Positions 26,367-37,386 of a stretch of 42,774 nt of DNA are shown piece by piece. The translations under genes and the position numbers were made by a program. The DNA lies in assembly GCA_017501005.1 (NCBI GenBank), contig JAFVXT010000061.1, forward strand, positions 1-42,774, given 5' to 3'. Each line of letters begins with the position of its first letter. The stretch's first letter is position 1. The stretch is from Clostridia bacterium (GTDB lineage Bacteria > Bacillota > Clostridia > Oscillospirales > CAG-272). The notes under the pieces are model-generated. The model worked only from the letters and a program-made list of their open reading frames with translations, was not told the origin of the DNA and did not search any database.

Positions 26367-27422
26367 TCAGTCTTCTTCGCTTTTTTGGGCTGCCTCTTTG
26401 GCTTCTGCACGGCTTGTGCGCACCGAGGCCAAGGGATTCGCATCAATGGCGCGCGCCATGTTGGCGTCACTGACGTGGGTATAAATCTGGGTGGTATTGA
26501 GCTGCTCGTGTCCGAGAATATCCTTGAGCACGCGCACGTCAACCTCACCCGTCTGATACATCAGAGTGGCGGCGGTGTGGCGCAGCTTATGCACTGAAAA
26601 GCCGCGGTGGTCAAGTCCTGCCATATCAAGATATTTATAGACCATCCATTGCACGGTCTTGTTGCTGATACGCGTTTTGCGTGTGCTCAAAAACAAGGCG
26701 TCGGTGGATTTGCCGCCGTCAAGAAGAGAGGGACGCTCCGAAAGATACTCCTTGAGCGCGGCGCGGCAGGCATCGTTTAAGTAGATCAGGCGCTCCTTGT
26801 GGCCTTTACCGATCACGCGAAGGCTCTTCATTTCACGGTCGATATCGTGAATATTGATGCCGACAAGCTCGGAAAGTCGCATGCCGCAGTTCAAAAAGAG
26901 CGTGATGATGGCATAATCGCGCGCAATCGTTTGCGATTCCCGATCGTTTCGCACGGCATCAAGCAGGGCAAGACTTTCCTCGAGCGATAGGAATTTCGGC
27001 AGAGAAGAGTGCTTTTTCGGCCCTTCCATATCGGCGGTCGGATTGGTTTCCAGATAATGCTTCGTGGCGGTCATCACCTTGAAATACGCTTTGACGGCGG
27101 AGAGCTTGCGCGATTTGGCGGCCCAGCCGTTTCTGCGCGTTTCGCCGCTGTATAAAAGGAATCTGTAAATAAATTCGGGGGTAATGGTTTTGACGTCCTC
27201 GATCGTAATGCCCGAAATGTCAATGTCATTGAATTCTTCGCTTTGAGGATCAATACCCCGTTCAAGCGCAAGAAAATAACGGAAAAACGTCCGCAGATCC
27301 AAAAGATATTCGCAGATCGTTTTTTCGGAGCAATTCTGGACGCTGGATTTATAGGCCGCAAATTCTTTGACACTTTGCGGAAGCGCGTCAAACTCCGCGC
27401 CGCCGAGCGACATGGTTGCCAT
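26367..27422 (-). CDS. Tyrosine recombinase (XerC/XerD-like, phage integrase family)
   Basis: SAM-like N-domain. The catalytic region has RLSEL, HKLRHTAATLMY and LGHEQLNTTQIYTHV (R-H-R-Y). Confidence 0.85.
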   Translation of the reverse strand: MATMSLGGAEFDALPQSVKEFAAYKSSVQNCSEKTICEYLLDLRTFFRYFLALERGIDPQSEEFNDIDISGITIEDVKTITPEFIYRFLLYSGETRRNGWAAKSRKLSAVKAYFKVMTATKHYLETNPTADMEGPKKHSSLPKFLSLEESLALLDAVRNDRESQTIARDYAIITLFLNCGMRLSELVGINIHDIDREMKSLRVIGKGHKERLIYLNDACRAALKEYLSERPSLLDGGKSTDALFLSTRKTRISNKTVQWMVYKYLDMAGLDHRGFSVHKLRHTAATLMYQTGEVDVRVLKDILGHEQLNTTQIYTHVSDANMARAIDANPLASVRTSRAEAKEAAQKSEED

Positions 27423-27605
27423 CGTATGTACCTCACTGATCGTTTCAGTATTGACTACTACCTAATATTATACAAAATCTTTGGCGGAATAAGTGGATAA
27501 AGTGTAAATTATTTTGACGATTTTGCGAAAAGTCTTGCAAATCGCCCGATAAAAAGTTAAAATAGAAGGGAATGGAACTTTTATCATATAAGAAAGGTAT
27601 ATACT

Positions 27606-28175
27606 ATGCGTTTTTTTAAGAAAAATTCTTATGAGATCGTGCGGCTGTTCGTCATTCAGATGGGCATCATGATCTTCAGCTTTGTCGTCTCCACGGCGGC
27701 GGTACGGGTCTATGATAAGAATACAAAGGGCGCGCACTTGGTCGTTTGCGTGTTTTCGGTTTTGTTTTATCTTTTTGTTTTGTATACGACCGTGTGGAAC
27801 GTTGGGCTGAAGAGAAGCGAACGCCTGGCAAACGGACACGAAAAGGAGGATAAGCTTTACGGTGCCAAGATCGCTCTTTATGCCAATCTGCCCAATCTTT
27901 TTCTTTGCCTTTTGATGGCAATCGGCCTTTTCCGCCTTGCTTTTCCCAATAGCTTTTTCATCGGTCTTTTCGGTGTGGCGCGCTTGCTTGAGGGACTTTT
28001 GAACGCCAACTATCTCGGCATCGTCAATTATCTTGTATCAAGTGACAATTACGTTCTGATCACGCTCCTCTCCTTCGCATCGGTTCTTCCGTCGGTGCTT
28101 GTCACGCAAATTGCGTGCATGCTCGGTGAGAAGAATATACGGCTGACAAAAGCAACACCGCCTTCCAAGGAATGA
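27606..28175 (+). CDS. Hypothetical integral membrane protein
   Basis: 189 aa with 4-5 predicted TM helices and a GAAAGG SD. No family was recognised. Confidence 0.5.
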   Translation: MRFFKKNSYEIVRLFVIQMGIMIFSFVVSTAAVRVYDKNTKGAHLVVCVFSVLFYLFVLYTTVWNVGLKRSERLANGHEKEDKLYGAKIALYANLPNLFLCLLMAIGLFRLAFPNSFFIGLFGVARLLEGLLNANYLGIVNYLVSSDNYVLITLLSFASVLPSVLVTQIACMLGEKNIRLTKATPPSKE

Positions 28176-28240
28176 CATATTTTTTCCCCTTACCCCATAT
28201 TTTGTAACAGAAGAATGAAAGCTTATGGGGGAATCGGTTT

Positions 28241-28990
28241 ATGAGAGGGGAAAAGTTTTCGAGGATCTTTATGGGAAAGCTTTGCATTTTCTTGGCTTTC
28301 CTTTTCCTTTGTACCACGTTTTTGAACCGTTACGGTGTGCGGCAAAGCATCGCGTTTGCGGACGGCTTGCCCGTCACCGAAGAAGAGAAAATCTATACCG
28401 TGGTGCTCGATGCGGGGCACGGCGGTGAGGACGGGGGTGCTGTCGGTGTGAACGGTGTTCTTGAAAAGGATCTGAATCTGACCATTGCCCGCTATATCAA
28501 GGAAAGGCTTGAAAGCAAGGGCTGCCGTGTGGTTATGACGCGCACGGAGGACCGTTTGCTTTATACCGAGGAGCAGAACATTTACGGTCAGCGCAAGCTG
28601 TACGATCTGCGCAACCGTCTTTCGATTGCCGCCGCCGAGGAAAATCCCATACTCGTCAGCATCCATATGAATAAATTCAGCCAAGCCAAATACAGCGGCT
28701 TGCAGATCTACTATTCGAAGAACCACCCCGATAGCCGAGTGCTCGCCTCGACTGTCAGAAATCACGCGGTCAAGGAATTGCAACCGCAAAACAAGCGTCA
28801 GAATAAAGAGGCCACAAGCGCCCTTTATCTTTTGCACCGCGCACAAATGCCCGCCGTTTTGATCGAATGCGGCTTTCTTTCCAATCCCGACGAATGTGCA
28901 AGCCTTTCAAGCGAAGCATATCAAAGGCGGCTTGCGTGTGTGATTGCCGATTCGATCTTCGCATACCTTACCCGAAGCGCGACCGAATAA
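28241..28990 (+). CDS. cwlD: N-acetylmuramoyl-L-alanine amidase, CwlD-like (Amidase_3)
   Basis: Signal/TM N-terminus, LDAGHGGEDGGAVG, LVSIHMN and ECGFLSN motifs. Confidence 0.8.
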   Translation: MRGEKFSRIFMGKLCIFLAFLFLCTTFLNRYGVRQSIAFADGLPVTEEEKIYTVVLDAGHGGEDGGAVGVNGVLEKDLNLTIARYIKERLESKGCRVVMTRTEDRLLYTEEQNIYGQRKLYDLRNRLSIAAAEENPILVSIHMNKFSQAKYSGLQIYYSKNHPDSRVLASTVRNHAVKELQPQNKRQNKEATSALYLLHRAQMPAVLIECGFLSNPDECASLSSEAYQRRLACVIADSIFAYLTRSATE

Positions 28991-29016
28991 AACCAGGCAG
29001 AGAAGGAAGTTTCAAT

Positions 29017-30402
29017 ATGGCAAAGCAGTCAAAAAGTATTTTTTCATGTGCCGAATGTGGCTATATCAGTAATAAATGGCTTGGGCGCTGCCCCTCATGC
29101 GACGGCTGGAATACCTTCGTTGAGGAAGAGCCCGTCGGTGAAGAGATGGCCGTACAATGCAAACGCGCAGCCTCGCCTGCCGTTTTGATCTCCGAGCTTG
29201 ATCTGCCCGAATATATCCGTATGAAAACGGGCATGGAGGAGCTTGACCGCGTGCTTGGAGGAGGTCTTGTGGCAGGAAGCGTCGTATTGCTCAGCGGTGA
29301 GCCGGGCATCGGTAAGTCCACGCTTCTTTTGCAGATCTGTGAAACCGTCTCGCGCCACGCACGCGTGCTTTACGTGTCGGGCGAGGAATCCAAGGGACAG
29401 CTGAAGCTGCGTGCCGACAGGCTTGGCGTGAAGGGAGAAGCCATTCATCTTCTGACCGAAAGTTGCCTCGAAAGCATTCTCGGCGAATGTGAATCGGTTG
29501 CCCCGAACGTCATCATTGTGGACTCGATCCAGACCGTCTGGAGCGAGGGCGCGCATTCCGCACCCGGCAGCGTGGCACAGGTGCGTGCATCGGCCATGGC
29601 CTTTATCAGTTGGGCCAAGCAAAGAGGGTGCTCGGTTCTGCTCGTCGGCCACGTCAATAAAGAGGGCGGTATTTCCGGCCCGAAGCTGCTTGAGCACATG
29701 GTGGATGCGGTTCTTTATTTTGAGGGCGATCGCCGCCACAGCTACCGCATGATCCGCAGCATCAAAAACCGTTACGGCTCGACAAACGAAATCGGCGTTT
29801 TCGAAATGGGCGACGTCGGCTTGAAGGAGGTTCCCAATCCTTCGCAAATGATGCTGGACGGCCGCCCCGAAAATATCGGCGGCAACTGCGCTTGCTGTGT
29901 CATGGAGGGCTCGCGTCCCTTGATTTCGGATATCCAGGCTCTCGTTACGGCCACCGCATTTCCCACGCCCCGTCGGACGGCGGACGGCTTTGATTATAAC
30001 CGTATGTGCCTTCTGATTGCCGTGCTCGAAAAGCGGCTCGGCTTGAAATTCTATACTCACGACGTCTATCTCAATATCGCGGGCGGCTTGCGCCTTGACG
30101 AGCCTGCCGCCGATCTGGCCGTCGCCTTTGCCCTGATCTCGGGCATCACCGATCGCATCGTGCCGAACGATATGATCCTTTTTGGTGAGATCGGCCTTTC
30201 GGGCGAGGTGCGCGCGGTGTCGCACGTTGAATACCGCGTCAAGGAAGCGGCTCGGCTCGGCTTCAAAACCATCGTATTGCCCAAACGCTCAACCGTAGGC
30301 TTAAAAGCCCCGAAGGACGTGCGGATCGTGGGCATTGGCAGTATTTACGAAGGTCTTTCTCTGCTTGAAAGGAAGCTTTCGGCGGAGGATCTTTCCGAAT
30401 GA
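29017..30402 (+). CDS. radA: DNA repair protein RadA
   Basis: Zinc finger CAECGY...GRCPSC, Walker A GEPGIGKST, KNRYG motif, and a Lon-protease-like C-domain. Confidence 0.95.
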   Translation: MAKQSKSIFSCAECGYISNKWLGRCPSCDGWNTFVEEEPVGEEMAVQCKRAASPAVLISELDLPEYIRMKTGMEELDRVLGGGLVAGSVVLLSGEPGIGKSTLLLQICETVSRHARVLYVSGEESKGQLKLRADRLGVKGEAIHLLTESCLESILGECESVAPNVIIVDSIQTVWSEGAHSAPGSVAQVRASAMAFISWAKQRGCSVLLVGHVNKEGGISGPKLLEHMVDAVLYFEGDRRHSYRMIRSIKNRYGSTNEIGVFEMGDVGLKEVPNPSQMMLDGRPENIGGNCACCVMEGSRPLISDIQALVTATAFPTPRRTADGFDYNRMCLLIAVLEKRLGLKFYTHDVYLNIAGGLRLDEPAADLAVAFALISGITDRIVPNDMILFGEIGLSGEVRAVSHVEYRVKEAARLGFKTIVLPKRSTVGLKAPKDVRIVGIGSIYEGLSLLERKLSAEDLSE

Positions 30403-31370
30403 AGCGCGAAAGGCAAGCAGATTCGAATCCTTTCCCCTATTCGGATTCCAATAAGCGATATTATACCTACGATTATTATCTCAGACAGACCTACGGCGAA
30501 AAGTGTGCCAAGATCTCGCTTGATGCAGGGCTCTCCTGCCCGAATATCGACGGCACGTGCGGCGAGGGTGGCTGTATCTATTGCTCGCCTGCGGGGAGCG
30601 GGGATTTCACGCAGGGCGCAAGCCTGACGATCCGCGAGCAGTACGAAAGGCAGATCGCACTCATGACCGCCAAATGGCCGTGCCGTTTTTTCATTCCGTA
30701 TCTGCAAGCACATACCAATACCTATGCGTCCGTCTCCCGTCTGCGCGAAATCTACGAAGAAACGCTTTCGCTTTCGGGCGCGGTTGCGCTCCATATTGCC
30801 ACGCGTGCCGACTGCCTGCCCGATGACGTGCTTTCGTTGCTCGCGGAGGTGGCGGAGAAGATTGACCTGACCGTTGAGCTCGGCTTGCAAAGCATTCACG
30901 ACAGAACAGCGCAAGCAATCGGCCGCGGCCATACCTATGCCGATTTTTGCCGCGGCTTTTCGGATTTGCGGAGCGCATCGAAAAAAATCCGCATCGCCGT
31001 GCATCTCATCAACGGCTTGCCCGAAGAAGACCAAAGCATGATGCTCGAAAGCGCGGTGGCGGTGGGGGAGCTTCACCCCGAGCAAATCAAATTCCACCTT
31101 CTGCACGTTCTGCGCCATACGCGCATGGCAGCTCTTCTCGAAAGCGGCCGCTACGAGCCGATGAGCGAGGATGCTTACGTTTCAACGCTCGTCCGTCAGC
31201 TTGAACGTACCCCCGACGATATCGTGATCGGGCGCGTCACGGGCGACGGCGCGAAGGCAGATCTGCTCGCACCCCTCTGGAGTCTCAAAAAATTCTGTGT
31301 GATGAATCATCTTGACCGTATGCTTTTTGAAGAAAATACGTGGCAGGGAAAAAGGACTCACTCTCCGTGA
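30399..31370 (+). CDS. Radical SAM protein, TIGR01212-like
   Basis: CPNIDGTCGEGGCIYC cluster near the N-terminus. 323 aa. The start overlaps the radA stop. Confidence 0.7.
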   Translation: MKRERQADSNPFPYSDSNKRYYTYDYYLRQTYGEKCAKISLDAGLSCPNIDGTCGEGGCIYCSPAGSGDFTQGASLTIREQYERQIALMTAKWPCRFFIPYLQAHTNTYASVSRLREIYEETLSLSGAVALHIATRADCLPDDVLSLLAEVAEKIDLTVELGLQSIHDRTAQAIGRGHTYADFCRGFSDLRSASKKIRIAVHLINGLPEEDQSMMLESAVAVGELHPEQIKFHLLHVLRHTRMAALLESGRYEPMSEDAYVSTLVRQLERTPDDIVIGRVTGDGAKADLLAPLWSLKKFCVMNHLDRMLFEENTWQGKRTHSP

Positions 31371-31550
31371 TGGGGAGTGAGCTTTTTTCTTTTTGCCCAC
31401 AACGCTTTCATGCCGTTTGAATGCGACAGATGCGCAAAAAATCCTTTTGTTTGATATCAAAAAACACAAAAATCATTTATTATTGTGCAAAATAAACAAA
31501 AAGAAAGGCTAAATTTTTATATTTGAGCATCAAAAAGTTCAAAAAAATTC

Positions 31551-31579
31551 TTGAAAAATCAGGAAAAATAGTTTATAAT
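31551..31579 (+). promoter_or_regulatory. Near-consensus sigma-A promoter for the EF-G paralogue
   Basis: TTGAAA (31551-31556), 17 nt, then TATAAT (31574-31579). Confidence 0.65.
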
Positions 31580-31639
31580 AAAAGCAAGGTGCAGTTTTTT
31601 GAACCCGGCACCAAAATTGAACAAGGAGTTTAGCGTCCC

Positions 31640-33715
31640 ATGGAAAATTATTCGACCAAGAACATTCGTAACGTCTGTCTGCTCGGTCACGGCGGAGCAG
31701 GCAAAACATCTCTTGCAGAGGCCCTTTTGTATATTACCAAATCAACCGACCGTCTGGGCACGATCGGCGATGGAAATACTGTATGCGATTACGACGCAGA
31801 GGAGATCAAGCGCGGTTTTTCATTGGCCGCCTCGATGGCTCCCGTCGTTTGGAGAGATATAAAGATCAATATTCTCGATACCCCCGGTTATTTTGATTTT
31901 GAAGGCGAGGTTCTGCAGTGCGTACGCGTGGCAGACAGTGCCATTATCGTTGTGGACGGCAAGGCGGGCGTTGAAGTCGGCACCGAGCTTGCCTGGAAAT
32001 ACGCAACCGAGGCAGGCATTCCGAAATCCTTCTTTATCAACCGCTTTGATGACGGTGAAGCACGCTTCTATAAGGTGTTTGATGCGCTCCGCGCGCAGTT
32101 CGGCAATAAGCTTTGCCCGATCCTCATTCCGTGCATTGACGTTGATAAGGTCATCGGATTCCTTTACCTTGTCGATATGAAGGTCTATACCTTCGATTCG
32201 GCTTCGGGCTCGTACGTGACGGCAGAAATTCCCGAGCAGTTCATGGCGGTTGCTGAGGAGTATCATGAAAAGCTGATGGAATCGGTGGCGGGTACGTCCG
32301 AGGAGCTGATGGAAAAGTTCTTTGAGGATCCGCATTCCATTACATATGAAGAAACGGTTGAGGCCATTCACGAGGGCATCATTCACGGTGATATCGTGCC
32401 CGTATTCTGCGGCGCGGCCACCAAGATGTGGGGTGTCAAATCGCTGATCAACACGATCGTTGATTCCTTCCCCCGTCCGACGGCACGCGGAAGCGAGCTT
32501 TCCGCCGAGGGCGAGGCAATCGCCATCGACCGTGAAGGCAAGGATACCTCGCTCTTCGTCTTCAAGACGGTGGCCGATCCCTTTGTCGGTAAGCTTTCCT
32601 TTTTCAAGGTCATGACGGGAACGCTCAATAAAGATACCGTTTTGCGCAACACCACAAACGGTACGAACGAAAAGATGAGCCGCATTTATATGATGCGCGG
32701 CAAGAAGCAGATCGAGGTGGATTCGCTTGCTTGCGGCGATATCGGTGTGACGGCAAAGCTGGTCGATACCAATACGAACGATACCTTGACCACCTTGGCA
32801 GAGGACGTCAAGTATGCGCCGATCGTTTTCCCGAAGGCCTATATGACGCGCGCCATCGTGCCGACAACCAAGGGCGATGAAGACAAGATCTCGGGCGGTA
32901 TTGCCAAGCTTTTGGAGGAGAACCCGACGCTTGCCTACGAAAACAATGCCGAGCTGAAGCAGCTCTTGCTTTCGGGCTTGGGTGAAATGCAGCTTGATAC
33001 CATCGTTGCCAAGATGAAAACGCGCTACAATATCAGCGTCACGCTCAACCAGCCGAAGATCCCCTACCGCGAGACCATCAAGGGATCTGTGAACGGCGTT
33101 GACGGCAAGCACAAGAAGCAGTCGGACGGCAGCGGTCAATACGGCCACGTCATTATGAACTTTGCGCCCGGCAGCGAGGACGGCTTGACGTTTAAGGAAA
33201 CCGTCTTTGGCGGTGCCGTGCCGAGCAGCTATTTCCCCGCAGTAGAAAAGGGTATCCGCGAATGTATGCAAAAGGGTGTTCTGGCAGGCTATCCGATGGT
33301 CAATCTTTATGCCGAGCTGACGGGCGGCTCGTACCACGACGTCGACTCGAACGAGCTTTCCTTCCGTCTGGCCGCCTCGATTGCCTATAAGGAGGGTATC
33401 CCGAAGGCAAAGCCTGTGCTTCTCGAGCCTGTCGGACAGCTTCGCGTCTCGGTAACCGAGCAGTACGTCGGCGACGTCATGGGCGATCTCAACAAGCGCC
33501 GCGGCAGAGTGCTTGGTATTGAGCACGATGAAAAGAACGAGGGCTGGCAGGTGGTTCTTGCCGAGGTTCCGCAGGCTGAAATGACCGATTACGTCATCGC
33601 CTTGCGTGCTCTGACGCAGGGAAGAGGCCGCTTCGATTACGCATTCGAGCGTTACGAGGAGCTGCCCGCACCCCTTGCACAAAAGGTCATTGCGGCAGCC
33701 GCAAAGGCAGAATAA
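31640..33715 (+). CDS. Elongation factor G family GTPase (EF-G2-like paralogue)
   Basis: G1 GHGGAGKTS, G3 DTPGYFDF, 691 aa with EF-G domains II-V. It is not in an rpsL-rpsG-fusA-tuf context. Confidence 0.8.
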   Translation: MENYSTKNIRNVCLLGHGGAGKTSLAEALLYITKSTDRLGTIGDGNTVCDYDAEEIKRGFSLAASMAPVVWRDIKINILDTPGYFDFEGEVLQCVRVADSAIIVVDGKAGVEVGTELAWKYATEAGIPKSFFINRFDDGEARFYKVFDALRAQFGNKLCPILIPCIDVDKVIGFLYLVDMKVYTFDSASGSYVTAEIPEQFMAVAEEYHEKLMESVAGTSEELMEKFFEDPHSITYEETVEAIHEGIIHGDIVPVFCGAATKMWGVKSLINTIVDSFPRPTARGSELSAEGEAIAIDREGKDTSLFVFKTVADPFVGKLSFFKVMTGTLNKDTVLRNTTNGTNEKMSRIYMMRGKKQIEVDSLACGDIGVTAKLVDTNTNDTLTTLAEDVKYAPIVFPKAYMTRAIVPTTKGDEDKISGGIAKLLEENPTLAYENNAELKQLLLSGLGEMQLDTIVAKMKTRYNISVTLNQPKIPYRETIKGSVNGVDGKHKKQSDGSGQYGHVIMNFAPGSEDGLTFKETVFGGAVPSSYFPAVEKGIRECMQKGVLAGYPMVNLYAELTGGSYHDVDSNELSFRLAASIAYKEGIPKAKPVLLEPVGQLRVSVTEQYVGDVMGDLNKRRGRVLGIEHDEKNEGWQVVLAEVPQAEMTDYVIALRALTQGRGRFDYAFERYEELPAPLAQKVIAAAAKAE

Positions 33716-33750
33716 GCTGATCACGCGTTGACACACAACCGAATTAAAAA

Positions 33751-33780
33751 GGTAGCTCAAGCTGTAAGGCTTGAGCTACC
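33751..33780. terminator. Bidirectional terminator between the EF-G paralogue and clpC
   Basis: GGTAGCTCAAGC-TGTAAG-GCTTGAGCTACC, a perfect 12-bp stem, with A5 upstream and a T-rich tract downstream. Confidence 0.85.
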
Positions 33781-33797
33781 TGTATTTTTATGCGCGT

Positions 33798-36251
33798 TTA
33801 TTTTTTAGCATTTCTGAAAACGACCTTGCCTTCTTCCTCAAGCGCGGTGATCTCCATGCCTTTTTTGATCTCGCCGTCGAGGATCGCACCCGAAAGGGTA
33901 TCCTCGACCAGATGCACGATGGCGCGGCGGAGCGGTCTTGCGCCGTAAACGGGATCGAAGCCTTCACGCGCAACGAGCGCAACCACGCTTTCGTCAATCG
34001 TGAGCGGAATGTCGATGGAGGCGGCGCGCTTTTTGACCGAGTCGAGCATCAGGCGTGCGATTGTGCGAATGTGTTCGTCCGAAAGCTTGCCGAAGACGAT
34101 GATCTCGTCAAGACGGTTGAGAAATTCGGGGCGGAAGGTGTTTTTAAGCGCACTCATGACGTTTGCCTGCGTCTTTTTCTCTTCTTCCTCCTTGGAGGTG
34201 TCCGCGATAAAGCCGAGCCGCTTGGGCTCGACGATATTGCCCGCACCCACGTTTGACGTCATGATAATGATGGTGTTTTTGAAGTCAACGCGCCGTCCGC
34301 GCGAGTCGGTGAGAATACCGTCCTCGAGAATCTGCAGAAGAATATTGAAAACGTCGGGATGCGCCTTTTCGATTTCGTCGAAAAGAAGCACTGAATAGGG
34401 CTTGCGGCGGATCTGCTCGGTCAGATGCCCGCCCTCGTCGTATCCGACGTAGCCGGGAGGAGAGCCGATCAGCTTGGAAACGCTGTGCTTTTCCATATAT
34501 TCGGACATATCAATGCGCACCATGGCGTTGACAGAGCCGAACATCACGTCGGCAAGAACCTTGGTCAGCTCGGTTTTACCGACACCCGTCGGGCCCAAAA
34601 ACATGAACGAGCCGATCGGACGGCTGGGATCCTTCAAGCCCATGCGGCCACGTCTGATGGCGCGTGCCACGGCGGAAACCGCTTCGTCCTGCCCGATGAT
34701 GCGCGCTTTGAGGATCTCGTCGAGATGAGCCAGCTTTTCGCTTTCTTCCTCGGCCAATTTCTTGACGGGGATATGCGTCCACGCGGTCACAACGTCGGCC
34801 ACGTCCTCTTCACTCACAGTGAGCTCGCTTCCACCGTTTTCGGATTGCCAGGTGCTTTTCTTCTTGTCAAGCTCCTCCTTCATTTGCTTCTCACGGCTGT
34901 GCAGCTCGTGTGCCACTTCGAATTTTTCCGCCTTGACCGCTTCCTCCTTTTGGCGGATCACGTCGGTCAGCTCCTTTTCAAGCTCCTTGATGTCCTCGGG
35001 GAAGCTGTTGCGGTCAATTCGTAGTTTGGAGGCCGCTTCGTCGATCAGGTCAATGGCCTTGTCGGGCAGAAATCTGTCGTTGATATAGCGGTAGGAAAGC
35101 TTGACGGCAGCTTCAATGGCCGCATCGGAAATCTTGAGCTTGTGGTGCTCTTCGTATTTCGGGCGCAAGCCCTGCAGAATGAGAATGGCTTCATCTACGG
35201 TCGGTTCGCCAACCGTAACCGATTGGAATCTGCGCTCAAGCGCGCTATCCTTTTCAATGTGCTTGCGGTATTCGTCAATGGTCGTTGCGCCGATCAACTG
35301 CATTTCGCCGCGTGCAAGAGCAGGCTTTAAGATGTTGGCGGCGTCAACCGCACCCTCGGCCGCTCCCGCACCAACGATGGTGTGGATCTCGTCGATGAAG
35401 AGAACGACCGATTGGTTTTTGGCCACCTCTTCCATCACGCCCTTCAGCCGCTCTTCAAATTCGCCGCGGTATTTTGCTCCCGCGATCATGGAGGCAACGT
35501 CCAGGGTGACGATCATTTTGTTTTTGAGAAGCTCGGGAACGTTGCCGTCAACAATGCGTTGCGCAAGTCCTTCGACAACTGCAGTCTTACCGACACCGGG
35601 CTCACCGATCAGGCAGGGATTGTTCTTTGTGCGGCGGGAAAGAATCTGCACCACACGAGAGGTCTCCTCGTCACGGCCGATGATCGGATCAAGCTGTCCC
35701 TTGCGTGCAAGCTCGGTCAAATCGCGGCCGTGGCTTGCGAGCGTCGGCATTGACGAAAGTGTGGATTCTTCTGCCTTGCGTGTGCCGCCTTTTTGGGAAG
35801 CATCGCGCGTATCGCCGCTCTTTTCGGTCATGGAAAGCAGCTCGTTGCGCAGCTCGTTCGGTGCAACACCGAAGGACTGCAAAAGACGCACGGCCACACA
35901 GGTGCTTTCCGAAAGGAGCGCGAGCAAAAGATGCTCGGTGCCGATAGAGAGGGAGTGGGATTGCATGGCCTCCCGTGCAGAGGCTCTGATGATGTTTTGC
36001 AGGCTCGGTGTCATTTCGGCAGAGGAAAGATGGGTCTGCACACCGATGCCTGCATATTCGCAGATGGTGTCTTTGGTTTTTTCATAGCCGACACCTGCAC
36101 TTTCAAGAAGCTGTCCGGCAATGCTGTCGCGCACGAAGAGCAAGCCTAAAAGCAAATGCTCGCTGCCGATAAAGGTGTGCCCCAGCTTGCCCGCCGCCGT
36201 TTGTGCGTGGTGAATGGCGCTTTGAGCCTTGGGGGTGAAACGTTCGTCCAT
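33798..36251 (-). CDS. clpC: ATP-dependent Clp protease ATP-binding subunit ClpC
   Basis: Two Clp_N repeats, AAA+ modules with GEPGVGKT and GPTGVGKT, and a UVR-like linker. 817 aa. Last gene of the ctsR operon. Confidence 0.95.
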   Translation of the reverse strand: MDERFTPKAQSAIHHAQTAAGKLGHTFIGSEHLLLGLLFVRDSIAGQLLESAGVGYEKTKDTICEYAGIGVQTHLSSAEMTPSLQNIIRASAREAMQSHSLSIGTEHLLLALLSESTCVAVRLLQSFGVAPNELRNELLSMTEKSGDTRDASQKGGTRKAEESTLSSMPTLASHGRDLTELARKGQLDPIIGRDEETSRVVQILSRRTKNNPCLIGEPGVGKTAVVEGLAQRIVDGNVPELLKNKMIVTLDVASMIAGAKYRGEFEERLKGVMEEVAKNQSVVLFIDEIHTIVGAGAAEGAVDAANILKPALARGEMQLIGATTIDEYRKHIEKDSALERRFQSVTVGEPTVDEAILILQGLRPKYEEHHKLKISDAAIEAAVKLSYRYINDRFLPDKAIDLIDEAASKLRIDRNSFPEDIKELEKELTDVIRQKEEAVKAEKFEVAHELHSREKQMKEELDKKKSTWQSENGGSELTVSEEDVADVVTAWTHIPVKKLAEEESEKLAHLDEILKARIIGQDEAVSAVARAIRRGRMGLKDPSRPIGSFMFLGPTGVGKTELTKVLADVMFGSVNAMVRIDMSEYMEKHSVSKLIGSPPGYVGYDEGGHLTEQIRRKPYSVLLFDEIEKAHPDVFNILLQILEDGILTDSRGRRVDFKNTIIIMTSNVGAGNIVEPKRLGFIADTSKEEEEKKTQANVMSALKNTFRPEFLNRLDEIIVFGKLSDEHIRTIARLMLDSVKKRAASIDIPLTIDESVVALVAREGFDPVYGARPLRRAIVHLVEDTLSGAILDGEIKKGMEITALEEEGKVVFRNAKK

Positions 36252-36266
36252 TATTTTACTCCTTTC

Positions 36267-37373
36267 TTATGCCTCGTCAGGAGTTTTCTTGCTTTTGCGC
36301 TCCTTGTCCGACGGGGTGGATCTTGTCTTTTTTGTGCCGCCTTTTCCGTAGGCGGCGATGGTTTTCTGAATCAATACCGCGCGGTTCTTGTCACGCTGCA
36401 TTTCCTTCGGAAGCGTTGTGGCGGTATCGCGGTAGCCTGCAAGCTCCATGGTTGCGGGCATGACGGCAAAGAGCAAGCTGTCAAGAAGCTCGGGGGTGAG
36501 CGATGAGGTATTGCCGATCATGCAGCCCAGGCGAGCGGCATTGTAAAGCGAAAGAAATTCCGAGGAGGAGACGAGACGCGCCGTTCTTAAGATGCCCTCC
36601 GAGCGTTGGGCGCGATCAAGCAGCTTTTCACTTGTCTCTTCGTCATATGACGTGCGCATTGCACGCTCGGTATCTGCGATCTGACCAATGATCTTGGACA
36701 TCTTTCGAAGCGTTTCTTCTTCGGTGATGCCCATGGTTACCTGATTCGAGATCTGGTAGAGTGCGGCATCGGCACGCGAGCCTTCACCGTAAAGGCCTCG
36801 CACGGTAACGCCGATCTTTTGCAGCTGCTGGGTGAGCGCTTCCATGCGGCCTGCCGCGGTCAAGGCGGGCAGGTGCATCATGACGGAGATGCGCAAGGCC
36901 GTACCGAGGTTGGTCGGGCAGTGCGTGAGATAGCCAAGGCTTTCACTGAATGCGAAGTCAAGGCGGCTGTCAAGGAAGGCTTCTTCTTCCATGGTGGCAC
37001 GGAAGGCTTCTTCAAGTGCGTATCCGTTTTTGATGCACTGAATGCGCAAGTGATCCTCTTCGCCTACCATGATGGCAATATCGCGGCTATCATCGCGAAC
37101 AAGCAGGCGCGGGGAAGTGCTCTTGGCAAAGTCGCGGCTGATATAATGACGCTCAGCAAGCGATTCCGCATCAATACGGCCGATATCCTGCATGGTTGTG
37201 ACGGTATAATTCTCTTGATCATTGTAAATATCAAAAAGCTTGTTGACGATCTCGGCAGCCTTTTCGTCTGTGAGGCGCGCCTTAAAGGGAAAGTCCTTCA
37301 GATTGCGAGCCAGGCGCACGCGTGTGCTGACGCAAACGTCCTTGCCCTCCGCTTTCTTTTCATACCAAAACAT
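36267..37373 (-). CDS. mcsB: Protein arginine kinase McsB
   Basis: ATP:guanidino phosphotransferase fold with VGEEDHLRIQ and CPTNLGT motifs. AAGGAGG SD before ATG 37373. Confidence 0.9.
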   Translation of the reverse strand: MFWYEKKAEGKDVCVSTRVRLARNLKDFPFKARLTDEKAAEIVNKLFDIYNDQENYTVTTMQDIGRIDAESLAERHYISRDFAKSTSPRLLVRDDSRDIAIMVGEEDHLRIQCIKNGYALEEAFRATMEEEAFLDSRLDFAFSESLGYLTHCPTNLGTALRISVMMHLPALTAAGRMEALTQQLQKIGVTVRGLYGEGSRADAALYQISNQVTMGITEEETLRKMSKIIGQIADTERAMRTSYDEETSEKLLDRAQRSEGILRTARLVSSSEFLSLYNAARLGCMIGNTSSLTPELLDSLLFAVMPATMELAGYRDTATTLPKEMQRDKNRAVLIQKTIAAYGKGGTKKTRSTPSDKERKSKKTPDEA

Positions 37374-37386
37374 CTTATTGTCCTCC

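Noticed and set aside
26367-27422. Tyrosine recombinase as a marker of an integrated phage or mobile element
   Set aside because: The flanking genes are ordinary sporulation and housekeeping genes (yunB, cwlD, radA). No phage, transposase or conjugation genes, att-like direct repeats or tRNA target are visible. It is more likely a chromosomal Xer-type recombinase. An att search was not possible by eye over long distances.
31820-33760. 646-aa ORF antisense to the EF-G paralogue; similar long antisense ORFs occur at 35101-36087, 10823-12019, 15959-17092, 29095-30225, 12887-13834, 9098-9913 and 9681-10580
   Set aside because: All are mirror frames of confidently identified genes, lack SD sequences and motifs, and have the biased composition of antisense reading frames.
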